DNA of 64,000 nt from Alphaproteobacteria bacterium. Its GTDB lineage: Bacteria > Pseudomonadota > Alphaproteobacteria > UBA828. Location of the stretch: contig CBDCCI010000001.1 of assembly GCA_965214705.1 (NCBI GenBank), positions 608,001 to 672,000 of the forward strand, in the 5' to 3' direction. Shown piece after piece: positions 1 to 10,750 of the stretch (the stretch's first letter is position 1; the number at the start of each line of letters is the position of its first letter). A model generated the notes under the pieces. It was not told where the DNA came from, ran no database searches, and saw nothing but the letters and a program-made list of their open reading frames with translations. Position numbers and translations under genes: made by a program.

Positions 1-19
1 GATCGATCGGCCCGCGCTC

Positions 20-1048
20 GTGCGGGTGCGTCTGGAGCTGGCCCGCGCCTTCTTCCTCAAGGGCGAGGACAGCCTGTCGCAGCGCCACTTCGAGCGGGTG
101 CTGGCCGGCGACCCGCCTGAGGCGGTGGTCGCCAACGTCCGACATTTCCTGAACCGGATCAGGGCACGGCGGCGCTGGAGCTTCAGCCTTGGCGCCGCCA
201 TCGCGCCCGACACCAATATCGGCGGCAGCTCGGAGGAGCGCACCATCTATATCTTCGGTTTGCCGTTCGAGCGCGACATCGAGGAGCTGACCACGTCGGG
301 CATAGGTCTCTCGGTGTGGGGCGGCGCCGAGCACCAGTATCCGCTGAGCGAGCGGGTGCGGCTGCGCAGCGGCGCCAATCTCTCGCGGCGGGAGCACGAG
401 GGATCGCGGTTCGACGAGGTTTTCGCGTCGGTCCATCTCGGGCCTCGCCTGCTGCTGGGCGAGCGCACGGAGGCGAGCGTGCTGGCCACCGCGAGCCAGC
501 GCTGGGCCGGCACGGTGAAGGATCGACACGCCCTCGGCGGGCGCGTCGAGGTGGGGCACCGGGTCAACCGTGCGGTGACGGTGAACGGGCGGGTCGCCTG
601 GGAGGACCGGCACCATCGAACGGGGACGAGCCGGGACGGGCCGGCTCTGGATGTGTCGCTGGGCGGCGCCTGGGTGATCGCGCCCACGGTTCGGGCGGAT
701 GTGTCTGCGGGGTATGGGCGTGAGCGCCCGGAGGTGATGCGCGATCGCCATGAGAGGTATCGCGTTGGCGCGGGCGTTTCGGTGCTCCTGCCGCTGGGCT
801 TCACGGTGAGCGGCGGCGGGGACTATCGCTGGACGGACTTCGAGGCGGGGTGGCACCCGTACGTGCCGGACAACGGGGCGCGCGAGGACCGGACGTGGAG
901 CGCGCGGGCGTCGGTGTACAACCGTGGGATCACCCTCTACGGCTTCAGCCCGGCGGTGGGGGTGGTTCACGAGGTCCGCAAGACCAACGCACAGCTCTAC
1001 GACTACGAGCGCACGCGGGGCGAGCTTCGCTTCGTGCGCCAGTTCTAG
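20..1048 (+). CDS. Slam-like (DUF560) outer-membrane surface-lipoprotein translocon, probably 5'-truncated by the window edge
   Basis: TPR-like N-terminal part (RVRLELARAFF), then APDTNI motif and amphipathic beta-strands ending in C-terminal Phe (FVRQF). Confidence 0.7.
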   Translation: MRVRLELARAFFLKGEDSLSQRHFERVLAGDPPEAVVANVRHFLNRIRARRRWSFSLGAAIAPDTNIGGSSEERTIYIFGLPFERDIEELTTSGIGLSVWGGAEHQYPLSERVRLRSGANLSRREHEGSRFDEVFASVHLGPRLLLGERTEASVLATASQRWAGTVKDRHALGGRVEVGHRVNRAVTVNGRVAWEDRHHRTGTSRDGPALDVSLGGAWVIAPTVRADVSAGYGRERPEVMRDRHERYRVGAGVSVLLPLGFTVSGGGDYRWTDFEAGWHPYVPDNGAREDRTWSARASVYNRGITLYGFSPAVGVVHEVRKTNAQLYDYERTRGELRFVRQF

Positions 1049-1359
1049 TCACCGGGCGGCCCGAAGCGGCGGCGTTGGCGGGGCGGCGGCGCCATGAACG
1101 CACTGCATCGATGGGCCTGACGGGTCTCCGGGCACGCCTTGGGTTGCCGGGCACCCAGGTCCCACACGTGGTCGGCGCCGAGCAGCGGCCGAAGCCCCGG
1201 ACCTCCATCGGCCAGATGCACCACCGCGCTGATGGCGGCCACGCGAGCCAAGTCGCTGGCCCGCGTGACCGCGTCGGCGTGGAACGCCTGCACGTCCTCC
1301 ACGTGATGACACCGACGGAGCCGGAGCAGATCGTCCCGGTGCACGATGCGGTGCGCCTC

Positions 1360-1516
1360 GGTGCCGCAAGGCTCGCAGGCTTCCATCCAACAAAACGACA
1401 GCCCCTGCCGAGAACCCAACTGCTCTGGAAAAGATATGTCCACCTGCGACACGCCACCCTCAGATACCGGGCCCTGAATGAGTTGGACATGATCAAACAC
1501 TGAACTGATTCAACAG
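1360..1516 (+). pseudogene. Possible IS4-family transposase C-terminal relic and element end
   Basis: ARLAGFHPTKRQPLPRTQLLWK resembles the IS4/IS50-type C-terminal motif; abuts the truncated GT2. Confidence 0.3.
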
Positions 1517-1642
1517 TGGGGGGTTGAGAGGGCCGGGACAACGGCGGCTCCGACCCGTCGTCGATGATCAGCACCTCGAACAGATTCCGCGGATAGGTCT
1601 GGCCTTCCAGCGCCGCCAGCGTCCTCGCCAGCGTTTCGTCTA
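1517..1642 (-). pseudogene. Glycosyltransferase family 2, second fragment (N-terminus at 33153-33263)
   Basis: ETLARTLAALEGQTYPRNLFEVLIIDDGS is a classic GT2 N-terminal motif; directly abuts the IS630 end. Confidence 0.75.
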
Positions 1643-2222
1643 GTGTCATGTCACTCATCAAATGTCGGATAGAGGCGCTTCAGTCTGACACGGGCGTCGT
1701 CCGTGGTGAACTGCCAGTCGACCTTGGCCTGAACCCGATCCCGGGCCGCCTGCCAGGCGGCGACCTCGGTGCGCAGCGCTTCGAAGGAGGCGATTCGGCG
1801 ATTGAGGCACTGCCGGATCATGACATTGAGCTCGATCTCGGCGATGTTCAGCCAGCTGCCGTGTTTGGGAGTGAAGACGAACTCGAAGCGGTCCCACAGG
1901 GCCTTGGCCTGTGCCGCAGGGTAGGTCTCGTACAGTGCGCCGGGGCGGTGCGTGCTCAAGTTGTCCATCACCAGAGTGATCCGGATGGCGCTCGGGTATC
2001 GATCGGCGATGTCGGCGAGGAAGCGCGCCCAGTCGGCCTTGGTTCTGCGCTGCGTCACCTTGGTCATGCGCTTGCCGGCCAGAGGCTCCGCGGCCATGAA
2101 CACGTTGCAGGTTCCGCAGCGCCGGTATTCGTAGTCGTGCCGGGCCGGCCGGCCCGGTTCGGCGGGGATCGGCTCGCGCGTCTCGCCGATCAGCTGGCGG
2201 GGCGTCTCGTCCATGCACACCA
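1643..2222 (-). mobile_element. IS630-family element, 3' half (DDE catalytic domain, ORF 1651-2222)
   Basis: VCMDE...VMDNLSTH...FTPKHGSWLNIAEIE motifs; terminal GTGTCATGTCAC is the inverted repeat of 33141-33152; TA flanks both ends. Confidence 0.9.
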
Positions 2223-2345
2223 TCGGGCGCACCTGCGGTGCTAACATACTGACATAGCGTTGCTTATTTCCTCCTGCTTTGGCCGGAAGGCGCGGAATCG
2301 CCCTGCGTCTTGCCCCGGCTGCAACGGAGCGAAGGAGGAAAATCG

Positions 2346-3470
2346 ATGGCGACGCTTCGCCTCAACGAACGCCGTGTCAACACGCTCAAGCCCCGAAAGG
2401 CCGCCTACGACGTTCGCGACCGAGAGCTCAAGGGATTCGGCGTCAGGGTCCTGCCCTCGGGCGCCAAGCGGTACTTCATTCACAGCCAACACCAGGGCCG
2501 GCGGGTCTGGAAGATCGTGGGCCAGGCCGGCGCCATCGGCACGGACGAGGCCCGCGACCGGGCCAGGGCCCTCTTGGCCGCGATCCGCAGGGGAGACGAC
2601 GACCAAGCCGCCGCGCCGCCGGACACACTGTTCGAGACGGTCGCCGACGAAGTGTTCCGGCGCTACGCCCGAAACTGGAAGCCGTCTACGCTCAACGTCA
2701 ACCGGCGCTATTACCGCAACCAGATCCTGCCCTGGTTCGAAGGCCGACCGATCGCCGGTATCGCCGTGAGCGACGTCCGGCAGTGGTTCGCATCCCTTCA
2801 CGAGACCCCGGTGACTGCCGACCGCTCGGCTCCCGTCCTGTCGGTCATCATGCGCCAGGCCGAGGTCTACGGCTACCGGCCAGAGGGCACCAATCCGTGC
2901 GCGGGCATCAGACGATACCGGCGCCAGGGGCGGGAGCGCTTCCTGTCGGCGGCGGAGATGCGCCGGCTGGGCAAGGTTCTGGCACGCCATAAGGCCGGCC
3001 GGCCGCAGGCCGCGGCGATCATACGGCTGCTGCTGCTCACCGGATGCCGCAAGGGCGAGATCGTCACCCTCGAATGGCGCGACTACCGAGAGGGCAAGCT
3101 GTTCCTGCGCGACAGCAAGTCCGGGCCGCGCACGGTCTGGCTCTCGTCCGCCGCGCGCGAGGTTCTCGACAGCCTGCCCCGCAGCGCGGTCTGGGTCTTT
3201 CCCTCGCCGCAAACCGACAGTTGCCTGACCACGAAGGCACTCGACCAGGCCTGGCAACGCATCAGAGCCGAGGCAGACTTGTGCGACGTCCGACTTCACG
3301 ATTTGCGCCATACCTATGCCAGCATGGCGCTGGCGCAGGGCGAGACGGTGCTGACCATCGGCCGCCTGCTCGGACACCGCGATCCGGCAACGACCCTGAA
3401 GTACACCCATCTCGCCGACGCCATGGTGCGCGAGGCGGCCGATACCGTCGGCGCCGTCCTTGAGGGCTGA
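2346..3470 (+). CDS. Tyrosine integrase with N-terminal arm-binding domain
   Basis: LLLTGCRKGE, LHDLRHTYAS, LLGH...TLKYTH catalytic motifs; AAGGAGG RBS. Confidence 0.92.
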   Translation: MATLRLNERRVNTLKPRKAAYDVRDRELKGFGVRVLPSGAKRYFIHSQHQGRRVWKIVGQAGAIGTDEARDRARALLAAIRRGDDDQAAAPPDTLFETVADEVFRRYARNWKPSTLNVNRRYYRNQILPWFEGRPIAGIAVSDVRQWFASLHETPVTADRSAPVLSVIMRQAEVYGYRPEGTNPCAGIRRYRRQGRERFLSAAEMRRLGKVLARHKAGRPQAAAIIRLLLLTGCRKGEIVTLEWRDYREGKLFLRDSKSGPRTVWLSSAAREVLDSLPRSAVWVFPSPQTDSCLTTKALDQAWQRIRAEADLCDVRLHDLRHTYASMALAQGETVLTIGRLLGHRDPATTLKYTHLADAMVREAADTVGAVLEG

Positions 3471-3473
3471 CGC

Positions 3474-4661
3474 ATGGCCGCGAAGAGGCGGCGTCTGACC
3501 GACGCCAACGTGGCCCGGCTGACGCCGGCGGCCCGCGAATACACCGTCTGGGACACGCGCCGGACGGGTCTCGGCGTGCGGGTGCGGCCGTCGGGGCACC
3601 GCAGCTTCGTCTATTGCCGGAGGGGCGAGGATGGCGCGCGCAGGATCACGCTGGGACCTGCGGCGCTGACGGGCGTCGAGGAGGCGCGCGCCAAGTGCCT
3701 CGCCATCGAGACCGGAGCGCGGTCCGGCAGGCCGGAACGCGGAGCGGTGCCGACCTTCGGCGACTTCGCTGCGGGTCCGGGGCGGGCGTGTTTCGACAGA
3801 GGCAAACCGTCCACACGGAAGAAAGCGAGCCGGATCGTCGACGCGCGCTTGCTCCCGGCCTTCGGAGCGCTGCCTCTGGATCGGATCACCCGTGCCGGCG
3901 TGAGCCGCTGGTTCGACGAATACAGCCGGACCGCGCCGGGCGCGGCCAACAAGGCGTTGAGCCTTCTCCGCCGGATCCTGAACCATGCGATCGTTTGCGG
4001 CCATCTCCAGACGAACCCTGCGCGTGGCATCAAGCGGAACCCCCGCCCGAAGCTCACTCGCTTCTTGTCCCGCGATGAAGTGCGCCGTCTCCACCGTGCG
4101 CTGGACTGCTATGCCGGCGCACGGCCTTCGTGGGCGCGGCAAGCGGATGTCATCCGCCTTCTGCTGCTGACCGGCTGCCGGAAGAGCGAAATCCTGACGC
4201 TGCGCTGGCAGGACGTGGACGCAGACACGCTCAATCTCGCCGACGCCAAGACCGGACCGAGACGGGTCTTTCTGAGTGCGCCGGCGCGCGCCATCCTGGA
4301 GCGGCAGACGCGAACCGGGTGCGCGTATGTCTTCCCCTCGCCGACGGATTCCAGGCGGCCGCTTTCGCATCACCTGCCGCTCTGGTACTTGGTGCGTAGA
4401 GAAGCCGGGATCGAGGATGTACGCCTTCATGACCTTCGACACACGTTCGCTAGTCACGCTGTGCTGAAAGGCATCCCGCTGCCAGTTGTTTCCCGCCTGC
4501 TTGGCCACAAGCGACCAAGCATGACGCTGCGCTATGCTCATGTCGGCGACCGGGAGACCGAAGTGGCTGCGGAACGCATCGGCGTGGCAATCGCGCGAGC
4601 GTTGGATTGCAGCAGCGCCTCCACAAACAAGGATATCGATGGCGCCCGACCGACGAGCTGA
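3474..4661 (+). CDS. Second, paralogous tyrosine integrase
   Basis: LLLTGCRKSE, LHDLRHTFAS, LLGH...TLRYAH; 3 bp downstream of the first integrase. Confidence 0.92.
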   Translation: MAAKRRRLTDANVARLTPAAREYTVWDTRRTGLGVRVRPSGHRSFVYCRRGEDGARRITLGPAALTGVEEARAKCLAIETGARSGRPERGAVPTFGDFAAGPGRACFDRGKPSTRKKASRIVDARLLPAFGALPLDRITRAGVSRWFDEYSRTAPGAANKALSLLRRILNHAIVCGHLQTNPARGIKRNPRPKLTRFLSRDEVRRLHRALDCYAGARPSWARQADVIRLLLLTGCRKSEILTLRWQDVDADTLNLADAKTGPRRVFLSAPARAILERQTRTGCAYVFPSPTDSRRPLSHHLPLWYLVRREAGIEDVRLHDLRHTFASHAVLKGIPLPVVSRLLGHKRPSMTLRYAHVGDRETEVAAERIGVAIARALDCSSASTNKDIDGARPTS

Positions 4662-4762
4662 CCGGATCCAAGACCCGACTCTCGACCGTCAGGTGTGGTC
4701 GGAATTTGGAAACAATCACTTTGTCGCGGTCAGCAATGGGCAATCTGGTTGGTCTGTTACAA

Positions 4763-4990
4763 ATGGACCGCACGACGCATGGCTCTCGAAGCATCCCGAT
4801 GTCCGCATCTCGGTAAAGAGATTCGGCCCTATCGAGAGAGGAACCGTAGACCTTCGACCGTTGACGATATTCGTCGGCCCAAGCAATACCGGGAAGGCAT
4901 ATTTTGCCACTCTGATCTACGCATTGCATAGAGTCCTGCACGGATTCCGGCGCGTACCTGTCTTCGGGTATCATCTCGACGCTCGAAATG
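4763..4990 (+). pseudogene. AAA/ABC-type ATPase N-terminal fragment
   Basis: ISVKRFGPIERGTVDLRPLTIFVGPSNTGK Walker A context; truncated, start out of frame. Confidence 0.65.
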
Positions 4991-5090
4991 ATCGTCCCTA
5001 TGCAGCGCATCTCACGCTTCCGCCGAGCAAGGCCGCTACGGGAAGCGCCAAGCGGCAACGAGCGCACATCCCTCGGCAGGGCCGAGAAGG

Positions 5091-6173
5091 GTGAGGAGTC
5101 GCCTGCATTCTTGGCCACAACTTCATCTTCGCGCGAGGTGGCGCGCCCTGCGCATGCTGACAATGCGTGGAACGGACCGCCCCCGTAGAAGCCGCGAACC
5201 GGCGCTACGCCTCGTGCGATCCAGCACCCGGACCTGGGTCGTTGCCGGCGCTGTCAGTCTGGTGCTGTTCGGTCTCGTCGTGGCGCATTTGGACCGGGAT
5301 TCGCTGGCCCGACTATCCGATGGAATCTCACCGAGCCTTGCCGGAGCGGGCGTGGTGCTGTTCGTGGTCGAGAGCCTTTTCAGCGCCCTTCGCATGTACT
5401 TGATCGCCGGCAAGCGCGGAGGATTTTCCGTGGCCACGCGCGTCACCGCTTGGCACGCGATCTGGTTGATCGTGCTCCCTTTGCGCCTGGGCGAAGTAGC
5501 CTGGGTCGTCGTCATGCAGCGCGCTTATGGATGGAACACCGCCACCGCGGTGGCCTGCGCGGCGGTACAGCGCTTGCTCGATCTTGCGGTCGTCGCAGCC
5601 TTTCTGCTTCTGACGATACCGGCGACCTTCGGTCTTCACGAGGACCGACTACCCGCGTTCTCAGCCTTGGCCGTCGCGGTCTGCCTGCTCGCAATCATCG
5701 TTTCCGCGACGCTGCACGTCCAACTACGTCTCCTCGCCAGACTCCTCGTCGTCGGCGCCCGGCGACCGCGGGGCCGGCGGCGCCGTTTTTTGCGACATCT
5801 GAACCAAGCGCGGCGTTGGCTCGAAGACGTCCGCCATCGCCGCGCTATGCGGCGTTGCATCGTGCCGACCGTGATCATCTGGACGGCTGTCATCGCTGGG
5901 TACTGGATTCTCGGCCAGGCGGTCGGCCTGGATCTCGCCTTGGCCGAGTTCTGCTTTGCGGCAGCGGGCAGCAACATTGTGGCGGCGTTTCCGGTACCGT
6001 CTGTTGGTGGTTTCGGCCTGTTGGAAGCGGGCTTCACCGGCATTGTGGCCTGGTTCGGTGCGCCGGTCGGAACGGCGGTCCTGGCCGCCTTGGCGATCCG
6101 ACTTGCTTCCATGGCCGCGGCCGTCCTATTCTGGTTAATCGCCACGGCGTGGGCTGGAGCGGCAAGGGCTTGA
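5091..6173 (+). CDS. Lysylphosphatidylglycerol-synthase-TM / flippase-like membrane protein
   Basis: Multiple TM helices; LPLRLGE, VQRLLDL and PSVGGFGLLEAG motifs; true start uncertain. Confidence 0.75.
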   Translation: MRSRLHSWPQLHLRARWRALRMLTMRGTDRPRRSREPALRLVRSSTRTWVVAGAVSLVLFGLVVAHLDRDSLARLSDGISPSLAGAGVVLFVVESLFSALRMYLIAGKRGGFSVATRVTAWHAIWLIVLPLRLGEVAWVVVMQRAYGWNTATAVACAAVQRLLDLAVVAAFLLLTIPATFGLHEDRLPAFSALAVAVCLLAIIVSATLHVQLRLLARLLVVGARRPRGRRRRFLRHLNQARRWLEDVRHRRAMRRCIVPTVIIWTAVIAGYWILGQAVGLDLALAEFCFAAAGSNIVAAFPVPSVGGFGLLEAGFTGIVAWFGAPVGTAVLAALAIRLASMAAAVLFWLIATAWAGAARA

Positions 6174-6194
6174 AGAGGCGCGGAACAGTCTGTC

Positions 6195-6938
6195 ATGAAT
6201 ACGTCGTCTGTTCTCATTGTTTTTCCGGTGCACAATGAAGCGGGGAATCTCAAATATATGCTGCCCCCATTGATGGAGGTCGTCCGACATGAAGGGTACG
6301 ATCTTCTTGCCATTGACGATGCCTCGACCGATGAATCGGTCGAAGTCTTGAAACAGCATAACGTTCCGACAATCACCCTGTCTGAAAACCTCGGTTACGG
6401 TGCTGCGCTGCAAACAGGCTACAAGTATGCGGTCGCCAAAGAGTACGAGTACTTGATCCAGTTGGACGGGGACGGACAACACGACTCTCGGTTTCTGCCG
6501 ATGATTCGGCAGAAACTGACGTGTTATGATTTCGTCATCGGTTCGAGGTTCTTGGAAAGCGGCCCTGCGCCTTTTCCGCCAGCGGGTAAGCTATACAAGG
6601 GAACCCCACTCCGAAAAGTCGGGATTCGTCTGTTTCGCGCGCTGCTATACGTCATGACCCGCGTATGGATATCGGATCCGACGTCGGGAAACGTCGGAAT
6701 GAATCAGAAATGCATGCGATTCCTGAGTAAGGATATCTATCCTCATGACTTTCCCGACGCGGACGTACTCTTGGCCCTGATCCGTAATCGTTTCAAGCTG
6801 TGCGAAGTGCCAGTGTACATGTACCACAATAGCGCCGGTGGACACCTGCACACGGGAGGCACGCCGATCTGGTATGTGTTTAAGGTCATGCTTTCAATGT
6901 TTGTTGTAACTACCCAGGTACCCCGCCGCCAGATCTGA
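6195..6938 (+). CDS. GT2 (polyprenol-phosphate glycosyltransferase-like); native C-terminus displaced by IS66 and IS4
   Basis: PVHNEA, IDDASTD, NLGYGAALQTG, LDGDGQHD, VIGSRF; native tail SNIRSGG at 9370-9392, stop after the poly-G at 10772. Confidence 0.88.
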   Translation: MNTSSVLIVFPVHNEAGNLKYMLPPLMEVVRHEGYDLLAIDDASTDESVEVLKQHNVPTITLSENLGYGAALQTGYKYAVAKEYEYLIQLDGDGQHDSRFLPMIRQKLTCYDFVIGSRFLESGPAPFPPAGKLYKGTPLRKVGIRLFRALLYVMTRVWISDPTSGNVGMNQKCMRFLSKDIYPHDFPDADVLLALIRNRFKLCEVPVYMYHNSAGGHLHTGGTPIWYVFKVMLSMFVVTTQVPRRQI

Positions 6939-7057
6939 GTGCGTGCTGATGTTGGTCGCCGCCGGTGCCGTTTGTCCGTCGGCGCGTCGATGATCTGCCC
7001 TTGACTGTATAGGCACGCTCGCCTATGGGTTGCTCTCTCGCATGAGAGGAGCAGCCG

Positions 7058-7727
7058 GTGGGGTATTTCGGATCGAAGGCGACGACCGGTCTGAGCCAGG
7101 CGCTGATTGCGCTGATGCCCCCGCACTCTGTCTATATCGAGAGCCACTTGGGGGGGCGGGGCGCTGATGAAGCGCAAGCCTGCGGCCGTGCGCTCGATCG
7201 GGATTGACCGCGACGAGCGGGCGCTTGAGTCCTTCGACTGTGGCTACCCGGTGGAGTTGGTGCACGGCTGCGCCCACTCCTTCCTGGCCTCGTTCCCGTT
7301 CCTGGGCCCGGAGCTGGTCTACAGCGATCCGCCCTATCTGCACGCGACCCGGCGTTCGTCGCAGCGCTACCGCTTCGAGTACGAGGAGGCCGACCACGTC
7401 GCGCTCCTCGAACTGCTCAAGGGTCTGCCCTGCCAGGTGATGGTCTCGGGCCACCCGTCTGCGCTCTATGACGAGTTGCTGGCGGGCTGGCGCCGGCTGG
7501 CGCTGCAGGTGACGACCCAGGCCCAGGTGCGGACCGAGGCGGTGTGGTTCAACTTCGCGCCCGACCGGGTGCACTGGGCGAGCTACGCGGGCCGCAACTT
7601 CACCGACCGCCAGCGCATCAAGCGCAAGGCGGCCAACTGGGGCCGGCGCTACGAGGCCATGCCGGCGGGCGAACGCCTGGCGGTGCTGGCCGCGATCATG
7701 GCCGTCGAGGCTGACGAGGGTTTGTGA
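7058..7727 (+). CDS. Dam/D12-class DNA adenine methyltransferase, +1 frameshift in a G7 run (7150-7156)
   Basis: GYFGSKA...MPPHSVYIESHLGG(G)A SAM motif, continuing in the shifted frame to YSDPPY. Confidence 0.8.
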
Positions 7728-9265
7728 CAGTGTCGCGCTGGCACGCGGACCTCGCCGCTCACGACGAGGCTTTCGCGTGCCTGCAGGACCTTTTCACCCC
7801 ACAATCCTTCGCGATGACCGCCGTCAAAGCCATCCGGGAATGGGGCCAGGGGCTGCTTCGCCTGAGCGCGGCGCTGGTCAAGGAGAACGACGCGCTGGAG
7901 CGGGAGAACGCCCGCTTGCGCGAGCGGATCGCCGAACTTGAGCGCAGCGCCGCGCTCGACAGCACCACCAGCTCCAGGCCGCCGGCCAGCGACGGCCTGA
8001 AGAAGAAGAGCGCAGACCAGGAGAAGCGCACCCGGAGCCGGCGCGGCAAATCCGACAGGCCCAGCGGCGGTCAGCCGGGCCACAAGGGAACCACCCTGGA
8101 GCGGACCGAGAACCCGGACCACGTCGTGGATCATGATCCGTCCGCCTGTGAGGGCTGCGGCGCGCCGCTGTCGGACGCCGACCGTCACGGAGCCCCCGTC
8201 TGCCGGCAGGTCTTCGATGTGCCCGAGCCGCAGCCCCTCGAGGCCACCGAGCATCGCGGCCATCGCTGCCTCTGCGCCGCCTGCGGCACCATGACAACAG
8301 CCGCCTTCCCGAACGGCGTGAGCGCCCCGGTCCAGTACGGGCCGCGCATCACCGCGTGGGTGACCTACCTGCTGCACGCTCAGTTCATTCCGGAGAAGCG
8401 CGTCGCCGAGGTCATGAGCGATCTCTTCGCGGTCAAGATCTCAACGGCCACCATCGCCGCCATGGGCCGGCGCACCGCCCGGCGCTTCGAGGGCTTCCTC
8501 GATCGTGTCGCAGAGATCATCCGCACCGAAGCCCCGGTCAAACACCTCGACGAGACCGGCATCCGCATCGCCGCCCGGACCCATTGGCTCCACGTGCTGT
8601 GCACCCCGTTGCTGACCATCCTGCGCGTCGCCAGCGGGCGCGGCCATTTCGACGAGAAGCTCAACGGCATCGTCATCCATGACGACTATGCCACCTACTT
8701 CGCTCTCGAGGGCGTGCGCCACGGGGCCTGCAACGCCCATCACCTGCGTGAGCTCCAGGCCCTGATCGAGATCGAGAAGGAAGACTGGGCAACGAGCATG
8801 CACCAGCTGCTCTCCCGTGCCAACAGAGCCGCCCGCTTCGCCCGCAAGAATGATCGCGACGTGCCCGCATCGCTGGTCGCCCGCATCTCGCGAGCCTGGG
8901 ACCGCATCCTCGAACGTGCCATCGCCGCTCACGAAGAGATGCCGCCGCTCCAGACCGGAAAGCGCGGACGACAAAAGCGCCGCATCGGTCACAACCTCGC
9001 GCTCCGGCTCCAGAAGTACAAGGAGGGCTGCCTGCGCTTCCTCACCGACCCGCGAACCCCGTTCTCGAACAATGAGGCGGAGCGCGATCTGCGAATGGGC
9101 AAGCTGCGTCAGAAAATCTCAGGCGGCTTCCGCTCGATGCAAGGTGCCTGCGACTTCGCCAACCTGCGGTCCGTCATCGCCACCGCTCGAAAACAGCGCT
9201 GGAATGTCCTCGAAACCCTGGCGCACCCCGATCCCATGCAGCTAATCCCGGTACTGCGCTTCTGA
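7724..9265 (+). CDS. IS66 TnpC transposase
   Basis: Coiled coil, SSRPPASD, GGQPGHKG, CxxC zinc finger, HLDETG, CNAHHLREL, NNEAERDLR. Confidence 0.92.
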   Translation: MTVSRWHADLAAHDEAFACLQDLFTPQSFAMTAVKAIREWGQGLLRLSAALVKENDALERENARLRERIAELERSAALDSTTSSRPPASDGLKKKSADQEKRTRSRRGKSDRPSGGQPGHKGTTLERTENPDHVVDHDPSACEGCGAPLSDADRHGAPVCRQVFDVPEPQPLEATEHRGHRCLCAACGTMTTAAFPNGVSAPVQYGPRITAWVTYLLHAQFIPEKRVAEVMSDLFAVKISTATIAAMGRRTARRFEGFLDRVAEIIRTEAPVKHLDETGIRIAARTHWLHVLCTPLLTILRVASGRGHFDEKLNGIVIHDDYATYFALEGVRHGACNAHHLRELQALIEIEKEDWATSMHQLLSRANRAARFARKNDRDVPASLVARISRAWDRILERAIAAHEEMPPLQTGKRGRQKRRIGHNLALRLQKYKEGCLRFLTDPRTPFSNNEAERDLRMGKLRQKISGGFRSMQGACDFANLRSVIATARKQRWNVLETLAHPDPMQLIPVLRF

Positions 9266-9392
9266 AATCCCCCGCCGCTCCGCTCCACGTCAGCGGCACC
9301 AGGCCAGAGGCATCAGTCCATCACGCGTGAGTGCTCGGCGGAATCAGACCTGGGCAGTTACTGTTTGTTTCCAATATACGCAGCGGGGGGGG

Positions 9393-10750
9393 CATAAGCG
9401 CTAACTTGTTTATCACTCTTCGACGAAGCATTCGGCGATTTGGGGCAGGCGCTGTCGGGGCGGTTCGGAGAGGGATTTGGAGATCTGGTTCCATTCGTCG
9501 ATCACCTCGGCGAGGGACAAATGGGGTTCGATGGCTCGCACGACCTGGTTGAGCATGAACCTGAAGTCACGCCAGGCGCTGTGCGGCCGGCAGCGCCTCC
9601 AGGCTGTATCCCCAGGGGGAAACCGTGCTGGCATGACGGATCAGCTTTTCCACCAGCAGCGCCACCAGGAGTTTGCCGTAGAGCCACGCCTTGGCGCTCT
9701 CGTTGTCGTATTTGGGCAGATGCCCCAACTGCGCCAGAGACTTGAAGCGCTTGAAGACCAGTTCGACCTGCCAGCGGGTGCGATACCACTCCAGGACCTG
9801 CGCCGCGCTGAAGGCCGCTTCGTGAAAGGTCGTGAACACAATGACGTAGCGCGCGAACTCCAGGGTTCGCGGCCGAACCTGTTTGCCCTTGCGCCCGGCC
9901 TCCTTGCGCAGCTTGCGCTGCGCCAGCCTGATGGCTTCCTGCGTCTTTCTGATCGCGCACACGCGACCCGGCACCGCGATGCCGTCCCCGACCGCCAGCA
10001 CGGGCCAGGATCGCACGCTGCCGACCCGCTTCAGCGTCGTGACGTGTGCAAGCAGGTCGAACGGCGCGCCGGCGCGCGTTCGAAGCGACAGCGCCCCGGT
10101 GTTCACGCGCACGGTGACATGACCCCCCGCGGACACCACGTGGTGGAGGCCCGCAGCAGTCGAGTAAGCCCGGTCGGCGAGCACAAAGTCGCCCTCGCCG
10201 ACCGGGAACTGCGCAAACGTCTCGCCCGTGCCCCGTCCCTCGCTCGCCGTGAGCTTGAAGAAGTCGCACGCCAGCGACGGAAGGCGCACGCTGTAGTGCA
10301 GGCGCCACAGCGCCCCGGTCCGGCCCGGCTCCTTCACCGTCGTCGCGTCGAAGGCCCTGACCTGGAACCCGCCATCGGCCGACATCGCCATCCCCTGTTC
10401 GCGAAACAGCGCGACGCACAACGCGTGAAGCCAGTCCCCCGACTTCCTCAGCCGCTTCAACAAGGCCACGTCGGACAGATCGGCCAGGTTCGCCTTCCTG
10501 GCACGGACCACGGTCTCGCGCAGCGAGTGTCCGCAGGCCAGATGCAGCAACAGCGTGCGCAGCAGGGCGTCGACCGACTTGTCCTTGCGCAGACCCTTCA
10601 AGGCCCCGGTCTCCCGTGCCAGTTCCCGCCAGCCCTCGGGCAGAAACAACGACACCACTTCCCACTCCTCGTCCATCCGCCAAGCCTCCCCGCAGCGCGT
10701 ACCGACCCACAATACGGATTGCCGGCGTGAGAAACAAGTTAGCGCTTATG
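9393..10750 (-). mobile_element. IS4-family element inserted in a G homopolymer
   Basis: Perfect 19-bp TIR CATAAGCGCTAACTTGTTT; G runs on both sides. Confidence 0.88.
9567..10712 (-). CDS. IS4-family DDE transposase
   Basis: FDATTV, LADRAY, YRTRWQVELVFKRFKS (YREK motif). Confidence 0.88.
   Translation of the reverse strand: MWVGTRCGEAWRMDEEWEVVSLFLPEGWRELARETGALKGLRKDKSVDALLRTLLLHLACGHSLRETVVRARKANLADLSDVALLKRLRKSGDWLHALCVALFREQGMAMSADGGFQVRAFDATTVKEPGRTGALWRLHYSVRLPSLACDFFKLTASEGRGTGETFAQFPVGEGDFVLADRAYSTAAGLHHVVSAGGHVTVRVNTGALSLRTRAGAPFDLLAHVTTLKRVGSVRSWPVLAVGDGIAVPGRVCAIRKTQEAIRLAQRKLRKEAGRKGKQVRPRTLEFARYVIVFTTFHEAAFSAAQVLEWYRTRWQVELVFKRFKSLAQLGHLPKYDNESAKAWLYGKLLVALLVEKLIRHASTVSPWGYSLEALPAAQRLA

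Larger units (their letters stand above)
6906..9361 (+). mobile_element. IS66-family element carrying a DNA methyltransferase passenger
   Basis: TIR GTAACTACCCAGGT / ACCTGGGCAGTTAC; 8-bp TSD TGTTTGTT (6898-6905, 9362-9369). Confidence 0.92.

Noticed and set aside
2241-4541. 766-aa minus-strand ORF
   Set aside because: Antisense shadow of the two integrases in high-GC DNA
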